Below are positions 1-9,640 of a stretch of 64,000 bases of DNA, in pieces. A program made the translations under genes and the position numbers. The notes beneath the pieces were generated by a model. It did not search any database. It was not told the DNA's origin and was given only the letters and a program-made list of their open reading frames with translations. The stretch covers positions 1 through 64,000 of the IMG/VR virus record IMGVR_UViG_3300036790_000178. One strand, 5' to 3'. This stretch comes from a virus. Numbering within the stretch: position 1 is the stretch's first letter; every line of letters starts with the position of its first letter.

Positions 1-750
1 GAGGTGTTGCCCTGGCGGGCGCTGCCCATCACGTATCTCGGAGCCTTCGCCTCCCTGACCGTCGTACTGCTTTGGCAACGCCAGCGCGACGTGCAGGGCC
101 GCTACCTCGACTACCGCGCGCTCGCCGAGGGTCTACGGGTTCAGTTCTACTGGCGACTGGCCGGGCTTCCCGACATCGCCGCCTCTTCCTACCTGCGCAA
201 GCAGCTCGATGAGCTGCGCTGGATCCGGGAGGCGCTGCGAGCCGCAGCCGCACTGCCACCGCCGCGGACCGCGCATCCCGAGCTCGCGGTACAGCACTGG
301 GTTGGCGGCCAGGCCACCTATTACGCCGATCGCACCCATTCGCAGCGCAAACGGCTGCACCTCTTCGAGAAGGGCTCGCAATTCTTCCTCATAGCGGGCC
401 TCCTCGCCACCATCACCCTGGTCGTGGCCTGGACTCGCCTGGAGACGCTGCCGATCTGGCACCGCTGGCTGGTCGTGCTGATGGGCTTTGCGCCGATCGG
501 GGCCGCTCTGTGGGAAACCTATGCCGAGCGCCTGGGTCTGCGGGCTCAGGTCAACCAGTACGCGCGCTTCGCCGGCATCTTCCGCCGCGCCAGGCGCTTC
601 GCGGAGCAACTCGAGCGCGGTGAGATGCGGCATGACAAGCGCCACGCGCTGAACGCTCTGCTGCGCGAGCTGGGTCGCGAGGCGTTGATGGAGAACGGCG
701 ACTGGGTCCTGCTGCTGCGCGAGCGGCCGATCGTCCTGCCGAAGGGATGA
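1..750 (+). CDS. Host membrane protein, 3' part; two SLATT/DUF4231-like 2TM units
   Basis: Motifs YLDYRALAEGLR and REALMENGDW with two hydrophobic segments; frame open at the window start; lies outside the att site. Confidence 0.55.
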   Translation, partial: EVLPWRALPITYLGAFASLTVVLLWQRQRDVQGRYLDYRALAEGLRVQFYWRLAGLPDIAASSYLRKQLDELRWIREALRAAAALPPPRTAHPELAVQHWVGGQATYYADRTHSQRKRLHLFEKGSQFFLIAGLLATITLVVAWTRLETLPIWHRWLVVLMGFAPIGAALWETYAERLGLRAQVNQYARFAGIFRRARRFAEQLERGEMRHDKRHALNALLRELGREALMENGDWVLLLRERPIVLPKG

Positions 751-808
751 AGCCAGGCCGCTCGACCTGGAACGCCAAGCTGCCGCGATGCCCGGGGAAG
801 GGAAGGAG

Positions 809-855
809 TGGTGGAGCCAGGCGGGATCGAACCGCCGACCTCTTGCATGCCATGC
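809..855 (-). mobile_element. Prophage att core: duplicated 3' half of tRNA-Ala(GGC)
   Basis: Reverse complement GCATGGCATGCAAGAGGTCGGCGGTTCGATCCCGCCTGGCTCCACCA gives anticodon loop, T-arm and CCA; the 5' half (D-arm) is absent. Confidence 0.92.
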
Positions 856-871
856 GACAAGTCCTTTTCAC

Positions 872-947
872 CTAACGCGCTGATTCGCCGGAAAAAACCA
901 TACCTCGAAACGTCCAGAATCAAGGTTATATTGGGGCCGCTAACGCG
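872..947. promoter_or_regulatory. Candidate att arm-type sites and IHF-like site
   Basis: CTAACGCG at 872 and 940 flanking AATCAAGGTTATA (918-930, near WATCAANNNNTTR), adjacent to the att core. Confidence 0.35.
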
Positions 948-1173
948 TTGTTCGGCCAAGGACCGGTACCTGAATTCTGGACGCCGCTTCCGCCACCCGA
1001 TCGAGCTTCCGCGCCAGCTCGTCGTAGGTCATCACCGAGTCCTCGAAAAGTCTCCGGCAAGACTCGAACGTCGGATCCTTCGCCTGCGCCTCGGCCTGGC
1101 GGGCGAGCAGCCGCACGCCCGTCGCGGCGTAGGCCAGCTCTTTGGCGGTGAGCGACAGGCGAGGATCGGGCAT
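940..1173 (-). CDS. Small hypothetical protein
   Basis: Internal ATG gives a 77-aa helical-looking ORF (MPDPRLSLTAKE...). Confidence 0.45.
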   Translation of the reverse strand: MPDPRLSLTAKELAYAATGVRLLARQAEAQAKDPTFESCRRLFEDSVMTYDELARKLDRVAEAASRIQVPVLGRTTR

Positions 1174-1374
1174 GGACGCGAATCTACCGCCGCGCCCCGC
1201 CCCACCAGCAAGCCCGATTGCGGCGCCCTGGATACGGCACAGCGGGTGCTTCCGCTCATCCCATGGCCGTCCCGGACATCCAGGCGATCTTCCGCGCCCA
1301 CCTCGGTCGCGACCTTTCCGGCCAACCCACCGAAACCGGCTGATCCGTCGTGCTATTTTTATCGCACTTTTCGC

Positions 1375-1403
1375 TTGAAACAGGACCATATTTCCGCTAT
1401 TAT
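1375..1403 (+). promoter_or_regulatory. Sigma70-type promoter for the accessory operon
   Basis: TTGAAA-17 bp-TATTAT with AT-rich upstream sequence. Confidence 0.65.
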
Positions 1404-1459
1404 TCTTCCCATGCCAGCCGAATATCCGGCGCGGCGCAGCCAGCAGAAAGCGAGGCACT

Positions 1460-1945
1460 ATGCAGACGATGTATGTAAAGAGCGGGGAGGCCTTCCGGGT
1501 CGCTACTGAGGCGGAGGTTGCCGAGGTCGCCGGCCACTACGCGTTGGAGTCCTTCAACCGCGAGCGCCCGATGCTCGATTCCCCGACGAATGCGGTGCGG
1601 GCACTCCAGCGGGTTTTCTCGGGCCGCGACTACGAGGCCTTCACCGTCCTCTTCCTGACGAGCCGCCACCAGTTGATCGAGTGCGTGGAGATGTTTCGCG
1701 GCACGATCGATGCCGCCTCGATCCACCCGCGCGAGGTTGTGAAGGAAGTGCTCTGGCGCGGCGCGGCCAACATCATCATCGCCCACAATCATCCGAGCGG
1801 TTCGAGCGACCCGAGCGCGGCGGATATCCAGATCACGCACCGCCTCGTCGAGGCCCTGGCGCTGATCGATGTCACCGTGGTGGATCATCTGATTATCGGA
1901 GGTACTGGCACATGGTCATCCCTGAGAAACGACGGCCTGATGTGA
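1460..1945 (+). CDS. radC: RadC-like JAB/MPN domain protein
   Basis: GTIDAASIHPREVVK, AHNHPSG..PS.AD and DHLIIG motifs. Confidence 0.93.
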   Translation: MQTMYVKSGEAFRVATEAEVAEVAGHYALESFNRERPMLDSPTNAVRALQRVFSGRDYEAFTVLFLTSRHQLIECVEMFRGTIDAASIHPREVVKEVLWRGAANIIIAHNHPSGSSDPSAADIQITHRLVEALALIDVTVVDHLIIGGTGTWSSLRNDGLM

Positions 1946-2217
1946 CCCGGGACGCGGACGCCAAGGAAGGCGTCTCCCGTCCGGCACGCAAAGAGGTTTC
2001 CTACTCCAACCCCAGCCCAGCGGATCGCGCGCGCGAACTGATACTTCGAACTGGATTGAGCCAGCGCGCGGTTGCGCGCGAGCTCGAGGTGGACGATCGG
2101 ACGCTGCGCTATTGGTGCTCCGGCGCCAAGCCGGTCCCGAGAATTGCCATTCTCGCGCTCGAGCGACTGGTGGAGCTGAAGCGGACGGTAACTGACAATG
2201 GATTCGAGCCACGATAA
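1942..2217 (+). CDS. HTH (Cro/XRE-like) DNA-binding protein
   Basis: GLSQRAVARELEVDDRTLRYW; GTGA coupling to radC. Confidence 0.75.
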   Translation: MTRDADAKEGVSRPARKEVSYSNPSPADRARELILRTGLSQRAVARELEVDDRTLRYWCSGAKPVPRIAILALERLVELKRTVTDNGFEPR

Positions 2218-2368
2218 GCCCATTCCGCATCGTGATGACTGCAAGTGTCGTCCGTGTCTGTATGCGCGAATCGAGCGGCTGCGCGCGGAGATCCTGCGAG
2301 CCCGGCGCAACGGCAGACCTCCTGAAGCGTATTGGCTCTCGGACAGCGCAAACGATGGACACACTTGA
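2198..2368 (+). CDS. Small hypothetical protein (CxCxxC)
   Basis: Manual translation MDSSHDKPIPHRDDCKCRPCLYARIERLR...; overlaps neighbours in operon style. Confidence 0.4.
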   Translation: MDSSHDKPIPHRDDCKCRPCLYARIERLRAEILRARRNGRPPEAYWLSDSANDGHT

Positions 2369-2516
2369 ATTGATCCGGAAAGGCTTAGCTTGTCCCCACT
2401 GCGGTGCAACGTGGGTACATCGCCATTTCCACCTACGCGCCCCGGCTGACGAAAAGCAAGCGATCGCGGGCCGGGACTTCTGGACTTGGAGGCCAAAGGA
2501 GCCTAACGATGAATGA
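2355..2516 (+). CDS. Small CxxC protein
   Basis: MDTLELIRKGLACPHCG... Confidence 0.45.
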   Translation: MDTLELIRKGLACPHCGATWVHRHFHLRAPADEKQAIAGRDFWTWRPKEPNDE

Positions 2517-2862
2517 ATGCAATGGTGACAAGAACGTGAATTATGCCGGTCGGCTACGCTCAACGAAGCCCACCATCGAGGAACTGCAAAGGCTGCTCGA
2601 TAGGGAAGCGGGCGCGCCGATCGAGATCACGCCGGCTGGCGAGGTCGTGCCGGGAGGGTTGACGGAGAAGATCCGCGCCGCGCTCAATAGCGTCAGCGCA
2701 GAGAACGGCAGCAATACCCCTGACTTCCTACTGGCCGAGTATTTGATCTCCTGCCTAGCGGCCTACGAACGTGCTGTGAACGCGCGGGAGCGCTGGTACG
2801 GGCGCGATGTCGGGCAACAGTGCATGCAGGCGGCTCCGCCAGCGGGAATCGTTGTGGAGTAA
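2509..2862 (+). CDS. Phage hypothetical protein
   Basis: AAGGAG RBS; ENGSNTPDFLLAEYL motif that I recall from phage ORFs. Confidence 0.65.
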   Translation: MNECNGDKNVNYAGRLRSTKPTIEELQRLLDREAGAPIEITPAGEVVPGGLTEKIRAALNSVSAENGSNTPDFLLAEYLISCLAAYERAVNARERWYGRDVGQQCMQAAPPAGIVVE

Positions 2863-2881
2863 CCGTGACAGGTGACCAAAC

Positions 2882-3076
2882 ATGAAATGCAGCGCAGGCT
2901 TCGACGGGTGTAGTTTTCAAGGTGAGCATCGCCACCTCATTGAGGCGGGGGGTACAACCTGGGAGGTATGTCCGGGATGCGGAGGCGCTTTGCACGGGCT
3001 ACACGCCTGCGGAATCATATTCCGAGATGAAGAAGGCAATTTCTTCAGGGGCGAAGAACAGCCGGATCAACCGTGA
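2882..3076 (+). CDS. Small Cys/His-rich hypothetical protein
   Basis: CPGCGG motif; co-oriented with neighbours. Confidence 0.4.
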   Translation: MKCSAGFDGCSFQGEHRHLIEAGGTTWEVCPGCGGALHGLHACGIIFRDEEGNFFRGEEQPDQP

Positions 3077-3227
3077 ACGCTGAGCCGTCGCGCGGATAAC
3101 TCAGACGCTGGGCGAATATTTGCCAAGCTGAGCCGGAAGTAGGATAGTTACCCCCAAGCGGTAGAGACCGCAAGGGTGGAAGAAGTCAAATAAATTGAGC
3201 GAGTCTCGCTCAGAGGGTTGGAGAAAA

Positions 3228-3443
3228 ATGAACAGATTCTCAGTCGGTGATCGCGTCGTGCTGAACAACGCTCCCGAAGATGCGCCAGCCGCGACCGTCA
3301 CAGAAATAACCGAGTCTGGATTTAAGTACCGCCTAGACCGGCCGGTGCCTTTCTACCGCGGTACGACCCAAGAAGGCGAGGCTACCGATCTCTCGCAGTG
3401 GCGGCTGGAAAGCCATGTCAGCGCACAAGCACAAAAGGCTTGA
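3228..3443 (+). CDS. Small SH3/KOW-like hypothetical protein
   Basis: GGAG RBS; MNRFSVGDRVV start. Confidence 0.55.
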   Translation: MNRFSVGDRVVLNNAPEDAPAATVTEITESGFKYRLDRPVPFYRGTTQEGEATDLSQWRLESHVSAQAQKA

Positions 3444-4500
3444 TTCGCTCCGTGGCGTAGCTGCATTTTCGGTTGGGGTTGGGCACGCCTTCCTCTGCGT
3501 GCAGTTCGTGAGCGGATCGGCATGGCGGTACACGGTCTTGGGTGTATTCAACGCCAACTATGCCGTTGACATGTTCTTCGTGTTGAGCGGCTTCGTGCTC
3601 ACGAACATGATCAGCGGGTTTTCGGTAGCCGATTATTCCGCCTACCTGGGACGGCGGCTGATCCGACTCTACCCGATGCTGTGGGCAGCGCTGCTCCTTG
3701 GACTGGTCGCATTCGAGGCAGTGTCATCGCCGTGCAGCATCTCCCCGTGGGTCTGTCACTTCATCAAAGGGCCGTCGTCGGCTCTCGATTTTGTGCGAGA
3801 TGCGATACCCGGGGGAAACTACGGGCCGGACCCGGTGATGTGGACTATCCGGATCGAGGTCGCGGCGTCGATTGCGTACCCCATCATGCTTTTCCTCTGG
3901 AGGTACGCGAACGGGGTCGGCAAGATCGCACTTTCGGTCGCGGCGCTGGCGCTGCCCTTCGTCTCCCCGAACGGCTTCTCACACTACGCGTTCCTTTTCC
4001 TCGCCGGGATCGCCTTGAACGATATCCGGACGCTGTGGCGCCCGTGGGTGCTGCTATCAGCCGGCGTGGCGCTGATGCTCGTTTCAGGCTTTCTCGTCCG
4101 CGGTCACTCAGCCCCTGCCGACTTGGTGGCCGGCGCCAGTGCCGCAATGCTGATTGCGGTGGTCGTCTACGCCTGCCCGCAATGGATCGGGACAGCATTG
4201 GACAATCGGGGTGCGTTGAAGCTCGGCGAGCTTTCCTACTCGTACTACCTGCTGAATCCGATAGTCCTGTGGGTGATCGCGCGCGTGGCCGACAGACCGC
4301 TCTCGGCGTTCCTGGCTGGCGGTGGGGACGGACGGGCTGCGCTGGTCGCTACAGGGCTCATGCTGAGCGCTGCGGCCCTTGGCGTGGCTCTCGCGCAGGC
4401 AGCGAACCTCGCAGTCGAGAAACCGTCGATCAGATTGAGCCGGCGGGCGGAAAAGTGGATCTTGCAGGCTTTGGGACGCCGTGAGGCGCAGCCGGCGTAA
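3415..4500 (+). CDS. Acyltransferase-3 (OafA/Oac-like) membrane O-acyltransferase
   Basis: [43 protein letters not shown] and VEKP motifs; multi-TM. Confidence 0.92.
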   Translation: MSAHKHKRLDSLRGVAAFSVGVGHAFLCVQFVSGSAWRYTVLGVFNANYAVDMFFVLSGFVLTNMISGFSVADYSAYLGRRLIRLYPMLWAALLLGLVAFEAVSSPCSISPWVCHFIKGPSSALDFVRDAIPGGNYGPDPVMWTIRIEVAASIAYPIMLFLWRYANGVGKIALSVAALALPFVSPNGFSHYAFLFLAGIALNDIRTLWRPWVLLSAGVALMLVSGFLVRGHSAPADLVAGASAAMLIAVVVYACPQWIGTALDNRGALKLGELSYSYYLLNPIVLWVIARVADRPLSAFLAGGGDGRAALVATGLMLSAAALGVALAQAANLAVEKPSIRLSRRAEKWILQALGRREAQPA

Positions 4501-4531
4501 AGGGCGAGAATACGCCCGAAGGGTGGGTCAG

Positions 4532-5044
4532 ATGGGTATTGCGCAATGGCACGACTTCGTCGAAGTCCCCGGACTTGATCGGGAGAGAAAGCGGCGCTTC
4601 GAATGGGCGCCTTCACGCTCTCTGCTGGCCGCCATACGGTCCTACCAGCGACACCGCGCCAGACGAAACCCCGTGAGCCTCATCGCCTCAAAGCTCGCGG
4701 TATTGCGTCACCGGTTCTGGTCCGTCGTGACAGGTGCCGACATCCCGCTCAATTCGCACATCGGCGCCGGGTTACTGCTCCCGCACCCGAACGGCATCGT
4801 GATTCACGATCTCGCCGTGATCGGTGCGAACTGCCTCATCTTCCAGCAGGTGACCATCGGAACGGCATCGGGTCCCGGATGTCCGGTGATCGGCGATCAC
4901 GTCGATATCGGAGCGGGAGCCAAGATCCTGGGCGGGGTGAAAATCGGCGCCTACGCCAAGATCGGCGCGAATGCGGTCGTCATATCGGATGTGCCGGCTT
5001 ACGCGACTGCGGTGGGAATTCCGGCGCGGATCGTCAGAAGTTGA
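4532..5044 (+). CDS. Hexapeptide-repeat O-acetyltransferase (CysE/WcaB-like)
   Basis: [33 protein letters not shown] and VGIPAR. Confidence 0.9.
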   Translation: MGIAQWHDFVEVPGLDRERKRRFEWAPSRSLLAAIRSYQRHRARRNPVSLIASKLAVLRHRFWSVVTGADIPLNSHIGAGLLLPHPNGIVIHDLAVIGANCLIFQQVTIGTASGPGCPVIGDHVDIGAGAKILGGVKIGAYAKIGANAVVISDVPAYATAVGIPARIVRS

Positions 5045-7259
5045 CGTAGTTGTAGACGCCGAGCGCCTTGCCTGGAGCCGTAATAGCAGGAGCTGTCGGC
5101 TGCCAGACGTTCTCATACTGACCTGAATCGCCAAACAGCGCCCACTGGCTGTTGTTCGTCGCAGTCTCGATATCATTGAAGAGGTTGGGCGTGACGCCAG
5201 AACTCGCGATGTCATCCAAGTAGCCGGGATTCGATGAGAGGACGTGACCCGGATCGTGGTATAGGTACTGCATCCGAGGATCGTGGTAGGAGTTCTCGAG
5301 CATCTGAATTTCAGGCGTCGAGAGCGCGAATCCCCAATTGGACGTGGCTGTAACGGTATCCTCGCCCATCTCATAGGCTTGAATCGTGACGGTCGGCCCC
5401 CACGCGAAGCCGTTCCCTCGGATGTCGGCAATGATGGTTTGCAGGTTCGCAATGCTCGTGACGGTGCCGCGGACATAGCCGATAGTCGGCAGGCTCGTGT
5501 AGGTATTGCCGCTCACTCCCACGTTGGAGTATGAGAGGCTGAAGGTCTCCCCTACCGGATCAGCAAGAGCCGCAATCGTGCCGATATCAGTCTGATACTG
5601 TGCCGTCGTCGCGGCGCTCGCCTTGGAAAGAAGCTGCATGTACGGGGCGACATGGCAGTCCGTCACGTGATGGGTATAGGCGCGGCTCGTCCAGTCCAGA
5701 GTGTTCATCGACGCCGCAAGATATGCCGGACCGTTGCCGGTCACTGTTTGCGTGCCCATCGAGATCCGGATCCGGCTCGACATCGCTGAGCCAAAGGCCG
5801 AGGCGAAGGCGTCACCTATCCCGGCCACCCAGATCCCGTACTGCTCCATGGTGGCGAAGAACTGGTTGTAATTCCCTCCCGGCAGACCTATCCACTGCTG
5901 GCCCACCATCTCGGCGAAGCCTGATTGTCCATACCCGAAGGTGCCGAAGTTCCACACCTCGTTCCCGAGCTCCGGCCATGCCTTCTTCGCTGACGAGAGT
6001 CCGGGAAAGACGGTCACCGGCCCCGCGAGCGATGCCCCGGTACCATCGCGCACCAGGGCCGCCAGGCTCGGCGTAAAGGTCGGGTCGCAGTAGTTGGCTC
6101 CGACCGGGATGTTGAGCCATGCATCCGTTCGCAACTGGTTGCAGAGTAAAATCTGGACCTCGTACGGCACCCCCGGCTTGCTGCAAGTCTTGCCGGCGAG
6201 TCCCCACGAGAAATTGGACATCTGCGGCCGGCTCGCCCAGGTCGGGCATTTCACCCAGGAAGCCATCCAGCCGATGATGCTGGTTGCTGAAATGGCCGAG
6301 GTGAGAGCGTCCCCTACGGCCCAATTCGCCGCGGTCGAGTTATACGTGAGAGACACCGACGGGACGATCTGGCCGTTCGCGAAGACGAAAGTATAGGTGC
6401 CGGTGGGTCTCGTCCAAGCGGTGGCGAGAGTCCCGCTGGTCGCTCCATTCGCGAGAGTGGCCGAGAAATTAAGCCCATACTCCTGGAAGTTCGTCGCCAT
6501 CCAGTCCATGAACCGCAGGCGCGAATAGGGGGTGAGCTTGGCCAGGAACTGGGGATGGAAAATCTGCCCTGCGTCGTAGAGCGCGGTATATGCCGTGGGC
6601 ACCAGCGACAGATTCCGGATATAGTTGACGCCATCGTTCGGGAGCGACGTGACGCCCCAGGAGATACCGGCAGAGGTGGCCGAGGTGACCTGGACGGTGA
6701 TCGAGGCGGTCTGGCTATTGGTCAACGTGCTCGTGACCGAATTGCCGCTTATCGTCACCCCGGTAGGCGGAGTCTGTGCCGGGATCGTGCAGTCGAAACC
6801 GACGAAGAACGTTCCGGGCCCTGAGAACTGAAGGCGAAACGTACCAGTCTGGTAAAGCTGCGAGCAGTTGGGCGGCAGCGTCCCGCCGTTCACCGCGTTA
6901 TTGATGAAGCAGAAAATCTGAGTGTTGGTCGTTCCCTGGCTGTCGACCATGGAGGTGACGTAGCCATCGGAATCGAGCAGCAGGAACGGGCTATAGGAGG
7001 TTCCCTGGATGAACCAGTAGTCCTCCCCGCTATTGGCCGATGCTGACTTGAAGAGGTTGAGGAAGGGCTGCTCCGGCGTCCAGTACTTGAGCCCAGATAG
7101 ATTGACGCCGATGTATTTGCGTGCGGGCGCGAGAATGCCGCCGCTCGATATCACCCCGCCTCCGCCCACGACCACCTGTTGAGCCAGGGAGGTGCCGAGA
7201 GTGCCCACCGCGGCAAGCGATGCCCCGGCGCTCAATAGGAATTTCCGGCGGTTCGGCAT
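5034..7259 (-). CDS. Tat-signal glycoside-hydrolase-like protein (clan GH-A-like)
   Basis: MPNRRKFLL signal with A-x-A-like cleavage; [27 protein letters not shown] and AYE motifs; TAATG coupling. Confidence 0.75.
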   Translation of the reverse strand: MPNRRKFLLSAGASLAAVGTLGTSLAQQVVVGGGGVISSGGILAPARKYIGVNLSGLKYWTPEQPFLNLFKSASANSGEDYWFIQGTSYSPFLLLDSDGYVTSMVDSQGTTNTQIFCFINNAVNGGTLPPNCSQLYQTGTFRLQFSGPGTFFVGFDCTIPAQTPPTGVTISGNSVTSTLTNSQTASITVQVTSATSAGISWGVTSLPNDGVNYIRNLSLVPTAYTALYDAGQIFHPQFLAKLTPYSRLRFMDWMATNFQEYGLNFSATLANGATSGTLATAWTRPTGTYTFVFANGQIVPSVSLTYNSTAANWAVGDALTSAISATSIIGWMASWVKCPTWASRPQMSNFSWGLAGKTCSKPGVPYEVQILLCNQLRTDAWLNIPVGANYCDPTFTPSLAALVRDGTGASLAGPVTVFPGLSSAKKAWPELGNEVWNFGTFGYGQSGFAEMVGQQWIGLPGGNYNQFFATMEQYGIWVAGIGDAFASAFGSAMSSRIRISMGTQTVTGNGPAYLAASMNTLDWTSRAYTHHVTDCHVAPYMQLLSKASAATTAQYQTDIGTIAALADPVGETFSLSYSNVGVSGNTYTSLPTIGYVRGTVTSIANLQTIIADIRGNGFAWGPTVTIQAYEMGEDTVTATSNWGFALSTPEIQMLENSYHDPRMQYLYHDPGHVLSSNPGYLDDIASSGVTPNLFNDIETATNNSQWALFGDSGQYENVWQPTAPAITAPGKALGVYNYVNF

Positions 7260-7600
7260 TAGTCCTTCACTCCTCTGAAGTGCCCGCTCCCGCCGTCCTG
7301 TGACCACGCTACCTTGCCGGTAGAGAAGTCGATCCCCCACCAGCTATCGCGCTTGCCGGCATACCGGGTAGAGGACCAGTACCAGTTGTTTCGGCAGAGC
7401 GAGAATTCAGAATGGATCGCAGGCTCTACGCGGCACCGGTCTACCAGCGTGAAAAGCTCCTCGATGGTCGGTAGCCTCAAGCCTGCCCGCCGGCAAAGGA
7501 GTGCGGCGATGGCGTGTTCGACCCAGTCGCTTTCGCCCAGAGCCCATATGAGATTCGTCTGCGTGTCGAGCAGCATGTCCCCGCGCGGCTCGAATCTCAC
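7259..7600 (-). CDS. DUF1566/Lcl C-terminal (C-type-lectin-like fold) protein
   Basis: DTQTNLIW, RLPTIEEL, YWSST and W.IDF..G motifs. Confidence 0.85.
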   Translation of the reverse strand: MRFEPRGDMLLDTQTNLIWALGESDWVEHAIAALLCRRAGLRLPTIEELFTLVDRCRVEPAIHSEFSLCRNNWYWSSTRYAGKRDSWWGIDFSTGKVAWSQDGGSGHFRGVKD

Positions 7601-9639
7601 GCGAAGGCCCCTACTTGAACCACCGACTGACCGGCGCGCGGCACCGGATTCAGCATGTAGTCATAGGCAAAAATGATCGGCAAACCGGAATTTGATCCAG
7701 CGCCTAGGCATGGCGAGGAACTGGTCAGCTCAAAGTCCGTCCAGTCCGTCACGATGAGTGGATCGCCGTAACTGTTTCCGGTCCCAGAAAGCGGGCTGGT
7801 CTGATGCCCTTCCGGGTCGTAGCACCGGTTGTAATTCTGTGTGAATGTACCGCCCGCCCCCTGATCCCAAAACGGCGTTGAAGAGTTGACGCGCCCGGCT
7901 CCCAAGACGAGCAGATTATTCTGCACCACCATCAGCGAGCCAGTCCCCGGAGTGGAATTGTTGTACATCATCCCGTAAACGCTATTGGTTGCGTAAAGGG
8001 TATTGTTGTAGTTGTAGCAGTATGCTTTCTCTTCCGTGTTCCAGCCGAAGTTTGCGACTCCAGCATTGGCCAAGAGATTGTACGCAGCGACGTTCTCTGC
8101 CCCTACCGCGCCACCCGTCGCGTCGCTCCAGTAGATGCCGTACTTGTTCGTAGTATCGGCAGGTTTTCCGTCAATGCACATGTGATGCACGACGATGGCA
8201 CCGTTGCTCGTGTGTCCCTGAAGATCGGGACCTGAGCCGCCGTATCCTGCCGCGTAGGACTGGAACGATGAACCACCGAAGCAGTTGTACACGAACCCGA
8301 AGGCTACCTCCCAGTCCCAGCAGTACCCGGCCTCAGCATCGGCGTAGAAGCCATGCGTCATCGACGCGCCGCCGATATCGTGGATGTACGGCAGGAAGAT
8401 CCGCACGCCCACACCATCCCCAGCCGCGCCTCCTGCCCGCATGTCCGCCGTGAATGGCCACGTGCTCTCGCAATTGAATGACCTGAAATAGTGAGCGCTG
8501 TTGTCGATGTTGAACAGCCACGAGGCAATCGTATTTGTGCCGGGCGCGACCCTGATGTTGGAGAACTGCATGTAGTGATTCATGCCGGCAGAACCGTCAT
8601 AAGGGTTAGTTATCCCAGCAGACGATCCGCTCTCCCCGGCATCCGCAGAGTCCTGGCCGAAGTAGAAAGCGCTACCCGTGTACTCGGGAAGCTCAGGCGC
8701 ATTTCCGCCAATTGGTCCCGGATATCCGCATATCTTGAGCGATCCGACGTTGACGCCAGCAACACCACCAGGAGCGATGATGGTCGGAGCGCATCCCGTT
8801 ACCCTCTGTCCCTGAACCCATGCGGTCGAATTTGGTCCCGTTGTGGCATGCGCCCATGTGCCGCTATTTCTGACGACGCACATGATGCCGGCCTGAGCGC
8901 CACTACTCTTGCCGCCAGATACCGTGAGGTTGCTGGCTAGAACCCCGAGCATGTTGTTGCCGCTCGCGCCGCTTTGCGCGTACTGCTTAGGCGATGCGAA
9001 CGTGCCGGGATTCGACTCACTTCCGTTGTTCTCGTCTATGTAGACGATGGGCGCCTGAGTCAGGACGATCTGAATCGGATTCCCGCGAAGGTCATTGGTG
9101 TTCGACGCCACGCCATTGACCACGACACTCAGCGCGAGAGGTGTCCCAATGGCGAGCGCTTGCACGGCGGCAGAGCCGATCTGGACGCCCAATATCCAGA
9201 TATCGGGAAACGGCCAGCCCACTGCTCGCGCGGCGACGGCGCAAGGCGCTTGGATGAGGTAGCGATAGTTGGCGATTTCTACGCCGTCGATAAACATGCG
9301 CGCGCCCGCTGGCGTACCCATGTTTGCGACGGATCCGGGATTGGTGAGCGCAACCGCCAGATACCCGCCTGCCCCACCCTCCCCTTCGTAATTGGCCGCC
9401 GTCATCCCGGTCGGAATGAAGCTGCTAGACGGCGCTACACCCGTCGGAACGTCGAGGAAGTCCTGGGCTATGACCAGCGGCGCGCCAGAGCCGCCGCCGG
9501 AAACCTGGATGACCTGGCCGCCCTCAACCAATACCACGCCGCCGGGAGCAACAATCTGACCCCTGGCAGACGGGGGCAGTAAAAGACCCGCAAAGGTCGC
9601 CCCAACGCCAGCAAGAGCTGTTCTGCGCGTGACGATCAT
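7597..9639 (-). CDS. Tat-signal right-handed beta-helix (polysaccharide lyase/depolymerase-like) protein
   Basis: MIVTRRTALAG...ARG signal; GSESNPGTFASP, IHD..HGFY, YNNTLY, NNLL and DFELTSSSPCLGAG. Confidence 0.75.
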   Translation of the reverse strand: MIVTRRTALAGVGATFAGLLLPPSARGQIVAPGGVVLVEGGQVIQVSGGGSGAPLVIAQDFLDVPTGVAPSSSFIPTGMTAANYEGEGGAGGYLAVALTNPGSVANMGTPAGARMFIDGVEIANYRYLIQAPCAVAARAVGWPFPDIWILGVQIGSAAVQALAIGTPLALSVVVNGVASNTNDLRGNPIQIVLTQAPIVYIDENNGSESNPGTFASPKQYAQSGASGNNMLGVLASNLTVSGGKSSGAQAGIMCVVRNSGTWAHATTGPNSTAWVQGQRVTGCAPTIIAPGGVAGVNVGSLKICGYPGPIGGNAPELPEYTGSAFYFGQDSADAGESGSSAGITNPYDGSAGMNHYMQFSNIRVAPGTNTIASWLFNIDNSAHYFRSFNCESTWPFTADMRAGGAAGDGVGVRIFLPYIHDIGGASMTHGFYADAEAGYCWDWEVAFGFVYNCFGGSSFQSYAAGYGGSGPDLQGHTSNGAIVVHHMCIDGKPADTTNKYGIYWSDATGGAVGAENVAAYNLLANAGVANFGWNTEEKAYCYNYNNTLYATNSVYGMMYNNSTPGTGSLMVVQNNLLVLGAGRVNSSTPFWDQGAGGTFTQNYNRCYDPEGHQTSPLSGTGNSYGDPLIVTDWTDFELTSSSPCLGAGSNSGLPIIFAYDYMLNPVPRAGQSVVQVGAFA

Positions 9640-9640
9640 G

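Noticed and set aside
809-885. Complete tRNA-Ala gene
   Set aside because: Similarity stops within the anticodon stem at 855; no D-arm or 5' acceptor strand, so it is an att remnant
808-1509. 233-aa ORF starting MVEPGGIEPPTS
   Set aside because: Typical translation of an antisense tRNA sequence
7259-7600. Diversity-generating retroelement
   Set aside because: No reverse transcriptase and no second near-identical copy seen in this window; cannot be excluded elsewhere in the genome
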